From Octopus vulgaris (lineage: Eukaryota): 64,000 nt of DNA. Of the stretch, positions 27,738 through 41,390 are shown one piece after another. Numbering within the stretch: position 1 is the first letter of the stretch; each line of letters opens with the position of its first letter. The translations under genes were made by a program, and so were the position numbers. A model generated the notes under the pieces. It saw only the letters and a program-made list of their open reading frames with translations, had not been told where the DNA came from and did not search any database. The stretch is taken from the NCBI GenBank assembly GCA_951406725.2, contig OX597826.1:3410001-3474000 (forward strand), in the 5' to 3' direction.

Positions 27738-29407
27738 CAGATTGATGGATCGATAGATGAATGGATGGGTGTTTCGATGGAAACATGGATAAGGCGACAG
27801 CAAATACATGCTAAGAGTAAATGATAGTGCGAAGTGATATGCATGTTGCGTGTATATTACGCAGCGTGATTATTCGCGTGTCCTTATGAAAACGTGCGTC
27901 TATGTGAGAGATGTTGTGTGATATAAACCGAGCATTTATAATGTTGAAAATTATATAATATAAATAATATAAATAGGAAACAGTGGAAGATGATACGGTA
28001 AAACTGTGCGAGAGAGATGTAAGAGACCAAGGGAAAAACGGAGATGAAATGGCAAATGGGAGAGAGAGAGAGAGGAGATAGAGAGAGAGAGAGAGGAGGG
28101 TGCGATAGGAAGAGGGAGGAAGGAGGGAGAGTCAGAGACGCATAAATATGACGAGCTTGATCTCAGATAAATTTTGCAGCAGGGTGTGAAAGAATGAATT
28201 TACGAATATGAGGGTAGCTTGTGTGTATCACCAGTGTGGTTGAAACGCTTGCTTGTGTGTGTATGCGTGCGTGTGCACGTGCGAATGTGTGTGTGTGTGT
28301 GTGTACGTGTGTGCATGTGCGAGTATATAAGTATGCAGGCGTGTGTGTTTGTGTGTCATTGTGTGTGCCTGTATCATTTTGAGAGATCTCCCAAACGAGA
28401 TAAAATTAAGGGTGGTGATGGTGTGTGTGTGTGTATGTATGTGCCGGCGTGTGTGTGTCAGTGATTGCGTGTGAGTGTGTACCTGGTTAGAAGATCTCCC
28501 AAACGAGATAAATTTAAGGCTTCTCTATCGATACATCTATATATTTTAGCGTGTTGTGGTGTATGTGTGCGTGTCTACGTGTCTCTGTGTATACAGGGGA
28601 ACTGAAGAAGAAGAAAGAGAGAGGTTCATTGAAGGAAGTACAGAGGGATATATATGTGAGCATGTTGAATGTCTGTGTGTGCATAAAGAGACTGAAAAAG
28701 GAGAGACGGAAAGGCACAAAGAAAGAAGGAACCTGAGAAAGGGAGGTTATAGAGAAAAAATGGCGACGGAAGATATAAGGAGAGAATAAGGAAGGAAGAG
28801 AGAAAAAGAAAAAAAACAAGAAGGGAGAAGTATGCAGGATGTAAAGTGAAAGTTAGAGATAATTCAAAAGGAGATTAAAACGGGAGATTGACGGTAAATT
28901 GAAACATTTGATGCGACATATGTAAAGAATATACAAGTCAGGAAAAAATAGAAGAGTTAAAATTCCGTTATGAACGGATGTATGTGTTAAAGAATGATCG
29001 ATAACGAAATGGAAAGTAAACGGGGAGTGACTGATAAAGAAGCAATGAGAGGTAACGTGGTGAACAAGGAAACGAGATAGGATGAGATAGGATGAGATTG
29101 GATAATTGTCGAAGAATGGGATACAGAAAGAAGTTTTCCACACACTTTGGTGCACACTGGTTTATAAGTGGTGTGTGTGTGTGTCTGTGTGTGTTTGAAT
29201 TATTGTGTGTACGTATTTATTTACTACATATTTATGTATCTATGTATGTATAGACATAATGCACACTTATGTTTACCTTGCAGTTTTAAAGAATCCAACA
29301 AGTTTTCCTGATTTTTAACCTTATCTCGTGGGGCAATAACGTTGGGAGTTTGCTGCTTTTAATACATACAGACAAACAGCGAAGCAGATAGATAGATAGA
29401 TCGTTAA

Positions 29408-29592
29408 CCACTACACACATTTTTTCTCTCCTTTTATCTCTCCTTGTTTCTCTCCTTGTTTTTTCTGTGTCCCTTTCTGTAGAAGAGCGTAAGCTCGAAA
29501 CGTAAAAGACTTTTTCTATTCCTGAGCGTTATACTAATACATCTGTTTGTTTTGTACACCACCTGTCTTCGTCTTTTGTTTTATTCGTTAAA
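29408..29592 (+). mobile_element. Penelope-like pLTR carrying a minimal hammerhead motif
   Basis: cttt-CTGTAGA-A-GAGC(GTAA)GCTC-GAAAC-GTA-aaag at 29473-29508, followed by (TA)n(GATA)n. Confidence 0.7.
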
Positions 29593-29607
29593 TATATATA
29601 TATATAT

Positions 29608-29749
<142 letters not shown>

Positions 29750-29933
29750 TTAGTGGCAGATACAAAGCTAGATAGACAAGCAGGTATATACAGTCAAAGA
29801 CTATGAATAAATAACTAAAATAAAGTGGCACACACATACACACATTCAGGATATATATAAAGGATATACATATATATACTGTAATGGGTCAGATTTGCAA
29901 ATAAGTCCACAGAGTAGCACACATATATAAATA

Positions 29934-30247
29934 GTGGAGGCACATGGGCTAGTGGTTAGAGCAGTGGACTAGCGGTCGAGGGATCGCGGGTTCGAATCTC
30001 AGACCGGGCGATGTGTGTGTTTATGAGCGAAACACCTAAGCTCCACGCGGCTCCCGCAGAAGGTAATGGCGAAATTCTGCTGAATCTTTCGCCACACTTT
30101 TCTCTCACTCTTTCCTCCTGTACCTTGCAACTCACCTGTGATGGACTGGCGTGCCGCCCAGGTGGGGAACCTATAGGCCAAGGGAGCCGGGAAACCGGCC
30201 CTTATGAACCAGGCATGGCTCGAGAAGGAACAAACAAAAAAACAAAA
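29934..30247 (+). mobile_element. tRNA-derived SINE, family D (V-domain-like segment)
   Basis: A box tgggctagtgg, B box ggttcgaatc, segment cctgtgatggactggcgtgccgcccaggtg resembling the V-SINE domain, and a (CAA/AAAC) tail. Homologous to 31810-32119. Confidence 0.88.
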
Positions 30248-30250
30248 AAG

Positions 30251-30282
<32 letters not shown>

Positions 30283-30387
30283 GTATATACATACATAAAA
30301 GTAAAAGCTTCTTCACCCTTTATATTTGCCTGTCCTTGTTTGTCTCCTCTCTGTAATGCCTGTATGGCAAATCTACATGAAATAAAG

Positions 30388-30532
30388 AAGCTTGCTTCGC
30401 CACTACATACCTCTGGATTGGCGCCCTGCTCAAGCGTCTTCTACTATAACCTAGGGACGACTAAAGCCCTGTCAGTGGATTGTAGACGCAAACTGAAAGA
30501 AGCCCGTCGTATATACATACATACGCACACAA

Positions 30533-30563
<31 letters not shown>

Positions 30564-30810
30564 CACACATACACACACATATATATGTATATATATGTAT
30601 GCATATATCTATGTTTGTTTGTATGTGTCGGTGTTTGTTTCCCACCACCGTTTGACAACCTGTGTTGGTGTGTTTACAACCACCGTAACTTAGCGGTTCA
30701 GTGAAGGATACCGATAGAATAAGTAGTAGGCTTAAAAAGAAAAGAAGCCCTGCAGTCATTTTATTTGACTAACAGAATACCCTGCCAGGCGATACTCCAG
30801 CATGGATACA
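30388..30810 (+). mobile_element. SINE family A, diverged
   Basis: aaactgaaagaagcccgtcgtata, internal (CA)/(TA) repeat, and cgtaacttagcggttc...gatagaataagta. Confidence 0.75.
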
Positions 30811-31117
30811 GACAAAGGGAGCAGACAAAGTGACGATAAAAGACCTATCTGCGATCGTGTCATAATATTTGCCTGTTTCTGATCGTGTGTTAGGAAGTTG
30901 CGTGTTCATGTAAAAAGGGGCCGCGTACACCTCGTATGAAATGGCATCATGGAAAAATGGCGTAGTTATGGTTTTAGAGTCACTGTATCTCATACTATCG
31001 TTTGGTCATTTATTTGGAGTGCCACAGTGATTTCCTAATTAAGACTTCACAGGTCTAAATGTTTGCAATCCGCACCACTCAAAGTGTAAAACAGCGGCAG
31101 CGGAGTTTTTTAAAGAA

Positions 31118-31250
31118 AATGAACAAGAATAAAATAAAATCTCTGAAATTAAATGCCGCAGAAAAAATAGAGATGTTTGCCCAATTAGAAAGCAACGAAA
31201 ATGAATGGTTTAGGATTTATGAATATCAAAGACAAATTGCAAAAGTTTGA
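31118..31250 (+). pseudogene. Possible pogo/Tigger transposase N-terminal (CENP-B/psq HTH) relic
   Basis: KIKSLKLNAAEKIEMFAQLESNE loosely resembles the K-S-L...EK-E-I---LE-G start of Tigger-type transposases. No TIRs or DDE domain seen. Confidence 0.25.
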
Positions 31251-31809
31251 TGTGCCTAGAATTAAGGATCTCTCCTTTGGTCCCTTCTTCATTACGCAAC
31301 GCTGATTTTTCCTTTTATAATTCGCTGCGGCTAACTTTCATTAGCCTTGAAGTAATCCTCATGCGCTTTCCACGATATCTACATACGGTTTGCAAATAGA
31401 GATTTGCACATAAAACAGTAAAGCGTTAATAAACATAACATAGAAATATCCTTACATTTATTTTTATTGGTGCCAGTTTCATGCATTTTGTACTCTCCAA
31501 TATAGAACCTTGTTTTAAAGCAATCCCTAGAAATATGAACTTTGATTTTCGTAAATTGCAAACAGTTCTCTTTTTTTTATAATTTTACGTCGTAAATTTT
31601 AAGGAAGCATGTTACTGAAATGTCGCTTTATAATTCAACAACCATCCCTAATTTTTACGTATGTAGTTCACAGATATATATCTTTTAATCATCACTGGTA
31701 AATCATTGAAACACAAAATACGTAATCAACCAAGAGTATGAAACAGAGTGAGTGTGAAAATAGGCCTACGACATTTCATCGATATCAGATGTTATGTAAG
31801 GTACGCACG

Positions 31810-32119
31810 GTGGAGGCACATGGCCTAGTGGTTAGAGCAGCGGACTCGCAGTCGAGGGATCGCGGGTCCGAATCTCAGACCGGGCGATGTGTGTGTTTAT
31901 GAGCGAAACACCTAAGCTCCGCGCGGCTCCGGCAGAAGGTAATGGCAAAACTTCTGCTGATTCTTTCGCCACAACGTTCTCTCACTCTTTCATGCTGCAT
32001 CTTGCAGCTCACCTGCAATGGACTGGCTTCCCGTCCAGGTAGGGAACCCATACGCCAAGAAACCGGGAAACCGGCCTTTATGAGTCAGGCATGGTTCGAG
32101 AAGGAATACACAAGCAACA
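31810..32119 (+). mobile_element. SINE family D with 12-bp TSD
   Basis: TSD AAGGTACGCACG at 31798-31809 and 32120-32131. A box TGGCCTAGTGG. Confidence 0.92.
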
Positions 32120-32367
32120 AAGGTACGCACGTTTCCATTTACTCACACGCATCAAATAAATATAACACAATTCCATGGATTTCACATACCTGTTTTAAAA
32201 GAGTGTTATACATACTTCGTGCCAATGACATATACAATATGCTAGTTAATCTGTGTGATTACTAATAAATTAGTTTTCTTTCACACTCCTACACATAACA
32301 CACATATGTCGCTTGCGTACACGCGTACACACACACACGCATACACATGTATACACACATAAACGTG

Positions 32368-32925
32368 TGACTACCCAAAAGAAACTGGTATTTTGTAATA
32401 TTATTTTATTCACATAGTTTTACATGTTCACAATCTTATCACCTTTAGTGTTTTCTCCATTTGAAGTAATGCATCAGTCCAGACGCATTTTCCACTGTTC
32501 GAAGCAGTACTGGAACACGAAGTAATGCCTTTTAACGCCTGCATCGTTTTTTCTTTGCCTCTTCCACATCTGCAGACTTCGTAGCACTAGCTTTTGTCAC
32601 CAATGATGACCTTCGAAAAAAGGCTCTGATCAACTTGCAACTGTTCCTTCAGTTCTCGACATTCATTCATGCGTGACTGCTTTTGATTTTCCGTGGGCAC
32701 ACGAGGTACAAATTATGCTGCAACTCATCATTCGTAATTCCTCGCTCAAAATTCGTTGGCAACAAGTCCAGGACACGCCAGTCATATCAACAAGTGTGTC
32801 AATTATTCAGTGACAGTCCTCCAGGATCTGTTCCTGAATTATCATGATGTTTATATTCGATCGGGAGGTCGATGGTCGTCCTGAACAATATTTGTCTTCA
32901 AGCGACAAGTGGCCATGCCTGAAAA
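32368..32925 (-). mobile_element. Deleted and decayed mariner transposase relic
   Basis: Minus-strand peptides SLEDKYCSGRPSTS, RVAA*FVPRVPTENQKQSR, SKVIIGDKS*CY (GDESW motif) and FQYCFEQWKMRLD*CITSNGE (mariner C-terminus). Confidence 0.85.
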
Positions 32926-33326
32926 TCAAGCGACAAGTGACTATGCCTGAAAATTATCATCAGTGGCGATTTAAATAAGAATTTTGACTGTTATTTCCAG
33001 CAGGTAGACATACTTAGTATTGTTATATACATATATATTTACATATATATGTTTGTCTGAACGGTTGAATACAGAACTATTCAAGGCTTATCCGATGGTC
33101 TGAATTGAACTATCAAAGATTCGAATAACTCTTTGTCTCGCTTACGTAAAAAAAACTCTGTATTGGATGGCCTATCACGATAAGTTCCAATTTTTTTAAT
33201 TTGCAAAAGTGTAATTACAGGAATATTTTCCTGCTATTTCTTGTGGATCCTGTGACAACATATACACGACACCCATTAACTAACAATCCACAGCGACAAA
33301 CGCATATGCGTATGTATATATATATA

Positions 33327-33365
<39 letters not shown>

Positions 33366-34054
33366 GGAGAGAGAGAGGGGGAATAAATAATATATATATT
33401 TATAATGCAAATATCTGTATATACGTTTGGTGTACATATATATATATATATATATATATTTACTTATCGGTAAAGAAAGCTATTGATTTTGTATATACCC
33501 ATAATCTAGCTTGTCCTCTATAATTTTGTAATTATATCACAGCGTATCTTCATCATCCTTTCTATCTATCATTTTTTCTGCTTTCACATCGTCCGGAGGC
33601 CACACGGTATCTTCTCATACCTATCTCTTAACATAGAAACAATCGGAACATCATCGATATGTAAATATGTGATACACCTATGCTGATTTTATCACCAATA
33701 TGCTTTATTGACTATTTCGCATAGTCGAATTACTGCGCTAAGATAGATTCATTTTGCCTTCTCCGCAACAAGGCATGTCATGCTATGTAACGTTTTTTAC
33801 TACATTAATTTTCCCGTAAATATATTATGTGACGAAAATGGAGTCGGACCCCCAGTTAACTATCGTTTAAATATCTTTCAGTATTCATTTACGCCTTTTA
33901 TCTATCATTACATTGTAAATATAATCACCACTTTTCATCTGAATTCGATACGACGCATGGCTAATTGATTTGTAGTATTTGTTCCGACGTTGAGGGCTTT
34001 GCCACTGGATAAGTTTGCTCTTCGTAAGCTTGCTGCCAATAAAAATAAACAAAC

Positions 34055-34257
34055 GCAAGCCTGCCTGTGTGGTAAGCAGCCTGCTTTCCAATCACATGGT
34101 TCTGGCTTAAGTCCCACTGCGTGGAATTTTGGGCAGGTATGTTTGTATTATGGCATGAAGCTCTAGGCGAGCAATTATTCCTTGTGAGTGGATTTGGTAG
34201 ATTGAAATAAAAGTGATGCCCTAGCATGGCTTCAGTTTAATGACTGAAACAAGTAAA
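34055..34257 (+). mobile_element. SINE family A, internally deleted
   Basis: Head ...gtgtggtaagcagc...agtcccactgcgtgg..., joined directly to the 3' end agcatggc...aatgactgaaacaagtaaa. Confidence 0.75.
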
Positions 34258-35617
34258 TGATAGATTTTAAAATCCACTGAATTAAATTGGCAGGTTTTTT
34301 AGGACAAAGGATGCGAGTATTCGGTCAGGTACTTCTTTTAAAAGTTTTTTTTTTTGTTCTGATAGATGTAAAAATCTGCTGCTTGCTTAAGTTTTCCATC
34401 CTGTTCCTAAGATGCTATCAGCATATGTCACTCTATTGACAGAATTCGATCCTGCTGTTTAGACTGAGGATAGCACCAACCCTCCTTTTAGCCAGTTTCA
34501 AAGTCTTGGGAAAATAATATCCAGTGTTCGAGATTATTCTTCCTTCAACAAGTGATGAAGAATAAATTCATATATATCAGATTTTGCCTTTGATTGGCGC
34601 GAATCGAGTTCATGTGAGCGAGTTTATATTCAAGGTTGTGTTACCTCACAAAATCCTATCTTTAACCATTGTATTTAGAACTATGGTATCTGATAAGCTC
34701 TTTGTTTTCATTGATATTAAAGTAAGATTTTCTAAAGAGCTTGAGAGTAATTTAGGTGTTAGCTCCGAAATGAAACTCACATCATCCAACAAAATCTACA
34801 CTTAATTAAAAATACGAATTATTTTGTCTACTTTCAACGCAATGTCATAATACTCTTATTCAATTACTTGCTTTTTTTTACGGAACAAGGAATTTCTAGA
34901 TTTTCTGCGATTCGAACTATAAACAGTGTGTGACCCGTCTTCATAATGTTATACGATTTAATTCAGCGCTTTAATAGACACAATGTTCATATCCACTGAA
35001 TATAGTCTCGTCAATCATAGATTGCTTTAAACAGAACACAGAACAGAACACTGTTTTCATATTTACAGAGATCGCATTTTCCCATTCTTATTTCACCACT
35101 AAACACAAATAGTGGAAGAAGAAATTTATAAAACTAAACCTGTTGAATCATTTATGCTCACTGAGAATTATTCATTCAATAAAATGTTCGTCTTCTGTAG
35201 AAACTGAAAAACAATTGTCGCAGTTCTTAATTTCTAAACACAGTGTAAACAATTGATAGAACATACAGAAAGCCCGAGGGAATTTATCATGTTCAATTTA
35301 AATTATATTCAGCCGATGCGTTGTTATTAAATATTAATCTTTCTGTCCTTCGCCCTCTCATCCTCCTCCTATCCCTCTCTGTGTATACATATAAATAGAC
35401 TTACCCCCACCACATTTATATGGGTTTTATGTGTACGTGAGCGGGAATGTGTATGTAGACATGCATGCATACTATAGTAGCCAAGGCACATATGAGCGTC
35501 TGCCTGTATGCGTGTATATTTATATATACGTGTTTACGTAAACAAAACCAAATATATAGCTGTACGCACATGTGTATGGATATATAAGAGAAAGTAATTA
35601 TATATGAGTAGGTATTT

Positions 35618-35662
<45 letters not shown>

Positions 35663-35733
35663 GCGTGTGAGTTTTTATTAATATATATATATATATAAAT
35701 GTACATATGTATATATACACGAACTCACACACA

Positions 35734-35787
<54 letters not shown>

Positions 35788-36965
35788 TAAACAATGTCGG
35801 TCCATGTGTTTTCTTTCTTTTGTTCTGGCAACTACTGTATCAGGAGTATTGAACTAGAGTATCAGTTCCCGAGTATTCCACACCAACGGTAGCAATTGTC
35901 TGGCAGAATCAGCATCATAATGTTACATGAGGCCTCTTAATTTCCGGGTAGCAAATTGTAATCACAATTCATGTTTTGTGCTGATGCTATATCAAATTAC
36001 TTTTCAGCATGACGCCAACCAGCGAGATGGAAAAGGGGACTGTTGTTTGTGAAGTGCACTTCAATCACCTGACAACCATACACAGGTATATATAACAAAC
36101 ACTCACGCGGGCATATGTATTCATACGCACTTCTACCGTTGAGTAAAGACAAAACATATTTTAAAAGACCAATACAGGAATAACAATGATATTAGTTTCA
36201 CGTTTCAATGGAAAACGGGTGCTCTTAACGCTTCGGGTGTTATGCCGTCATAACAAAAACTGATAAATAATGAGAAGCACGGAGAGAACGAAGGAAAGAA
36301 ATTCTAAGTGTCTACAATAAATGTGAAAGGACACAAGAATTTGAAGGTTTGGAAACCAAGTAAAATGGCGTCTTTATGGGAGTGTTAAGACGGGTGGGAG
36401 GGACAGATGTCGTGCGTGTTAGGGTGATGTGCGCAAATGTGTAAGTACGGTGACGTTGACTATTGGCGATGACAGGTTGCTAAAGTGTACAGTTTTTAGA
36501 TAGGAAATGTGAAATTGTATTTCTGAAGTGATGAGAGCAGGGACGAGTGACTGGTAATAAATATATTTTTAAAGCTCATGGAAATGTAACCGCAATTGGG
36601 AGGGTGTTAATTATGTTTATTTACAAATATAAACAAATAGAGGCATATTTAAATTGCATATCATGAATAAATATAATCTGATTTCGAAAAGATCAAGTGA
36701 GTGTACTCTTCAGATATTTAAACTTTCTGTGAACGGATGGTGCAGAAATTAACACCAGTCCTACCAAAATAGAGTAGTATCTGAAATGGTACGAGTATTT
36801 CTGTGTTGGTTTTATTTCGATTACTTCCTGAAAGAAAACAATAAAATGAACGTAGTGAAAACGTCATCGAACAATTTGATTTTTGGTTTTGCTTTCAGAC
36901 ATATACAACGTAAATGACGTAAGATAACTACTTTTTGTAGCTGCATACAAGGCAGTCGATAGCAA

Positions 36966-37030
<65 letters not shown>

Positions 37031-37040
37031 ATATATATAT

Positions 37041-37101
<61 letters not shown>

Positions 37102-37269
37102 TATACATATATATATATATTTATATAAATAAATATATATATATATGTATTATATACATATATATACATATATATACACACATACCTGTATATATATACA
37201 TATATCTATCTGTCTATCTATCTGATTATCTATCTATACCTATCTATCTGTATTTAGCCATGATAGGTC

Positions 37270-37436
37270 GGTAGCCACTAAACACAGTTTTGTCTCTCCT
37301 TGTTTTTTCTGTAGAAGATCGTAGGCTCGAAATGTTAAAGACTTTTTTCAATTCCCGAGTGTTATACTAATACATCTGTTTGTTTTCTACACCACCTGTC
37401 TTCGTCTTTTGTTTTTTTTTCGTGAATTCTCATCCC

Positions 37437-37440
<4 letters not shown>
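37270..37440 (+). mobile_element. Penelope-like pLTR with a degenerate hammerhead motif
   Basis: ttt-CTGTAGA-A-GATC(GTAG)GCTC-GAAAT-GTT-aaa at 37306-37339. Homologous to 29408-29592. Confidence 0.65.
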
Positions 37441-37472
<32 letters not shown>

Positions 37473-38284
37473 GAGAAAATCGATACTAGGATACATTATC
37501 AGTGAAGTAATCAGTGGCCAAATAATAATAAATACTGGAGGCCAAGATCCGATATACAGATCTGCAAGTATCTCATTTGTCAATTTATCAATTCACTCAA
37601 GGCGGTAATATAAATAAGGCAATCGGTTTTGAGAATAAATGAGCTAAATAGCTTTTGGTTGAAATGACATTTGCTGCCTATGTACAAGTGTTTACTAATA
37701 TATTTTCTTCGATTTTTCCCCCAAATGATGTTGAGATGTATGGTGATCTTTGTTTTCTTTCGTTTTATTAAAATGTATGTCCCTCTGCATGGACAGTTTT
37801 CTGCAGTTGTACTGTATATTATTGAAAATATTGTAGATAATTTCATTTAAATAATTCTTACTTACGGACGTTTTGCAAACACTTTGGTATATGCATTTAT
37901 TGACTAAATGATTCTATACCAATTGATATTAGAGAACGCTTATTTTTCATAAGACTTTAATCTGCTTGGGTATTTTGCAGTCTCGAAAAACCAAGTATAT
38001 CAGCAACTCTCTTGATTTTCAATTCACGAAGAATAATGTTCCTTGTCATTTGGTAGGAAATTAAGTTGGAGCGATTCAAGAAGTATGTCTGTGCTATTGA
38101 AAGTGTTTGACAGAAGTCTAAAATTCTTAAACTATTTCGAGCGCAAGATTAAGAAAATGAGATCCATTAAAACAATACAAGAGCACAGAGTTCACGTTTG
38201 AAAGGAAAATAAAGAGAGCTATGAAAGAATTGCGTGTTTGTGTAGACGAAGAAAATACTGGGGATCTGAAAATATCATTGAATG

Positions 38285-38607
38285 GAAGCCATAGGCACTC
38301 CGTCGTTTAAGACGACGAGTACTACAGTTGATCCGACCAACAGAACACCCTACTCGTAAAATTAATGTGCAAGTGGCTGAGCACTCGACTGACACGTGTG
38401 ACCTTCAAGTAGTTCACAAGGAGAGTCAACATGTCACAGAATGTCAAAGCTGGCTTTTTGAAATACATGTATTATTCTTTTTTTTCCAGCTGAGTGAAGC
38501 AACGTGAAATTAAGAGTCTTCCTCAAGGACTAAATGCATGCCCGAGAATTGAACTCATGATCTTACGATCCTTCTCCGAATACCCTAACCATAAGCTACG
38601 CGCCTTC
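38285..38607 (-). mobile_element. SINE related to family C (shared head and core, different 3' tail)
   Basis: cagctgagtgaagcaacgtgaaattaagagtcttcctcaagga...gaattgaactcatgatcttacgatc matches the family C 5' part. Confidence 0.65.
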
Positions 38608-38930
38608 ATACTAACTTAACATTATCCAGCTCAGAAATATCTATGCTACTCAGTCATCGCGCGAACTTCATTGCAGTGGTTGTACCTCAATGAAATTACT
38701 TGAAAAGCTTCTTCCTAAAATACCGACACCCATGATATTTTAATTCGATTGACCCGGTTAGAATACATATGATTAAAGATATGTTCAAACAGATCCATCT
38801 TATTGTGAAACATTCACTTATTGTGAAACATTTGTTGTTTTCTGTATCAACTGCATTAAGAGTTTCTTGGCCTGTGGACCTCTTTATACCTATCTACATC
38901 TAGAATGTGCATACTAGCGATATTCTAAAA

Positions 38931-39503
38931 TATTGGGATATCCGGTAAGTTCCTGCCGACTTTTAAAAGAAAGAAAAATGTCAATAAATACTTACCATTA
39001 CATTTTTGATCAACCAAATATGAAACATTTTGTTGCACAATGCGTCTCCATCTTTCCTTTAACTTGAAAATACCCTCTTCCCAGATTTGAGGTGGATTCG
39101 TAGATTCGTGGCAAAGAATTCATCAAGGTATCTTTTTACGTCATCCAAGGAATTGAAATTTTTACCATTAAAACTCTTCTGCAGAGACCTGAATAAGTGG
39201 AAATCCGAAGGAGCAATATCTGGTGAATATGAAGGGTGGGGTAACACATCCCAGCTGAGCTGCAGCAATTTTTGTCTGGTTCCCAAAGCATCAAGTGCCG
39301 TAAATGAACTTTCTTTTCTTCCATTTTAAAGGGTTACATAACACAGGTTATAGGAACATAAACCTTCTTCCACGAAAAGATAGCTTAAACTCTGCTCTAA
39401 ACGGAGGTGTAGTCAAATCCTATTTTATGGACTCAACGATGTTTCGAAATAAATCGAAAGATAAGCTACTGTAGATCGGCACGAACTTTCCGGACAACCA
39501 ATA
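38931..39503 (-). mobile_element. Internally deleted mariner (DD34D-type) element with both TIRs
   Basis: Imperfect ~29-bp TIRs (tattgggatatccggtaagttcctgccgac / atcggcacgaactttccggacaaccaata) with TA ends. N-terminus MEEKKVHLRHLMLWE is fused to WDVLPHPSYSPDIAPSDFHLFRSLQ (YSPDLAP motif). Confidence 0.93.
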
Positions 39504-40346
39504 GAAATAGTGTATGATACATAACTAATTCCTTAATTTGCATTACTGAGTTCTAGTCCTCAAGCATGGTGGAAGTACGATACATTTTCTAAACACCGTC
39601 GAAGCTCTCATCCACTCTATCGCATTTAATATATGTAACAACGGTGCTACGTGAAGTGCCGTACACATGCAATCTTGCTCCGAATACGTTTTCTCCTTAA
39701 GTTTAATATTAACCAATGCAAATGTATTCCAGCCATAAAGACTGAGGCTCTCCGGCAAAATGTCTTAAAGTATTTAGTAGTGACCCCAAACCTGCCAGGC
39801 TCGATTAGATATTTTATCTCTCTAGGGTCGATTAATTATGTAGCAGATATATACTGCGGTAAATTCAATCAACTAAGTTAGTCTCTTACCAATATTACGG
39901 CTTCCTATCTAATTAAGAAATCAATACTAACTAATACTCCAGACATTTGCTAGACATGCAACAATCTACCAATATGCGCATTCCCTTAAATCATTGATTA
40001 AATAACAATGAACAAATGGCCCAAATACAGGTTTAATGCGGATGCTTTTTGTTTCTTCATCTGTAGGAATGATTTTTTTTTGGCAATTTGGTTTGTTTAA
40101 TTGGAATTAATATGATTTTGTTCTAGGTTAGTATGGTTTTTAAACATCAAATCACACTACTTTAATTAATCTGAGTATTTGCCATACCGCAACTTATGTA
40201 AGTACATTTGCACTTTCCAATTTTAATGATGTGGAAACATTTGTGTGTGTTAACAAACACAGATGTGCCTATACTCATATATCAGGAACGAATAATTGCT
40301 AGTAGTGTAGGCAAGCGGTTACGAATGTTATTTTCTAAAACATTTC

Positions 40347-40433
<87 letters not shown>

Positions 40434-40654
40434 TTTTTCTTGAGAGCATTTCTTAGTGGTAAGACCATATCGGATAGATTTCTAGCATAAGGGTGTCCAC
40501 ATAGTGGTTTACCTGTAATATGTTTATAATACAATTTTACTGAACATTCATTTTTTTTTTATATGCTAAACCATTGGTGTGGAATCGATGTTAATTAAAT
40601 TAATATCTAATTCCTCACCCTTATTTTAATATTTATATATATATATATATATAT

Positions 40655-40795
40655 AGGTTTCAAAGGCTGGTAATTTCAGGTATTTTATCGACTCCAAAAG
40701 GATCAAAGGCAAAGTCGACTTCAGAGGTATTTGGGATCAGAATATAAAGGCGCCCGAATTGTTTCGAAGAATTTTGCCCGGCTTGATAACGTTTC
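40655..40795 (-). mobile_element. SINE family B, diverged partial copy
   Basis: tttatcgactccaaaaggatcaaaggcaaagtcgac. Confidence 0.65.
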
Positions 40796-40939
40796 ATATT
40801 TCCTTATTACCCTAAATGGGCTAAACATAGAGAAAGCAACTAATAATTCTTGGAATGGTGAAAATGTAAAACAATATAGAAATTATTACTGTCACTCTCA
40901 CATTAAAATCTACCATGGTCTCGTTAATTCCTCCTGTGG

Positions 40940-41390
40940 CATACATAGACGAGATCTGATATAGATACTGTCCTACGTCTACTACTTATTGATCGAGCAG
41001 AATCTTGAGGGTGTAATAAGTTAAGAGTGCTATGTGCACTAGCTTTTGATTGGTGTTCATTTTTGACTTTCTTTATTGTACCAGCTTGAAATGAAAATGC
41101 CTTACACACGAACACAACTGACGAAAATGTTGACGAAAAAAGAACAGCAACAATTAATAAGTTCATTCGCAGAGAGACACGGTAACATATATCTCTCGTT
41201 AAGTCCTTTAGGAACATACATAGACGCGAACACACAGAGATTCTGTCCTATTGATCAAGCAAAATCTCGAGGCTGTAATAAGTTAAGAGTGATGTGTGCT
41301 CTTGCTCTTGATTGGTGTTCATTTTCGACTTCGTTTCTTGTACCAGCATGAAATGAATTACTATACTCCTCTACACAACTGGTCAAATGT
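40940..41390. repeat. Diverged local tandem duplication (~260-280-bp period)
   Basis: gtaataagttaagagtg...ttgattggtgttcatttt...ttgtaccagc.tgaaatgaa occurs at about 41012 and 41275. Confidence 0.8.

Noticed and set aside
29934-30010. tRNA-like sequences at SINE heads (also 31810, 5200-5270, 20075)
   Set aside because: A/B boxes are present but there is no complete cloverleaf, and they continue into SINE bodies with tails or TSDs, so they are not tRNA genes.
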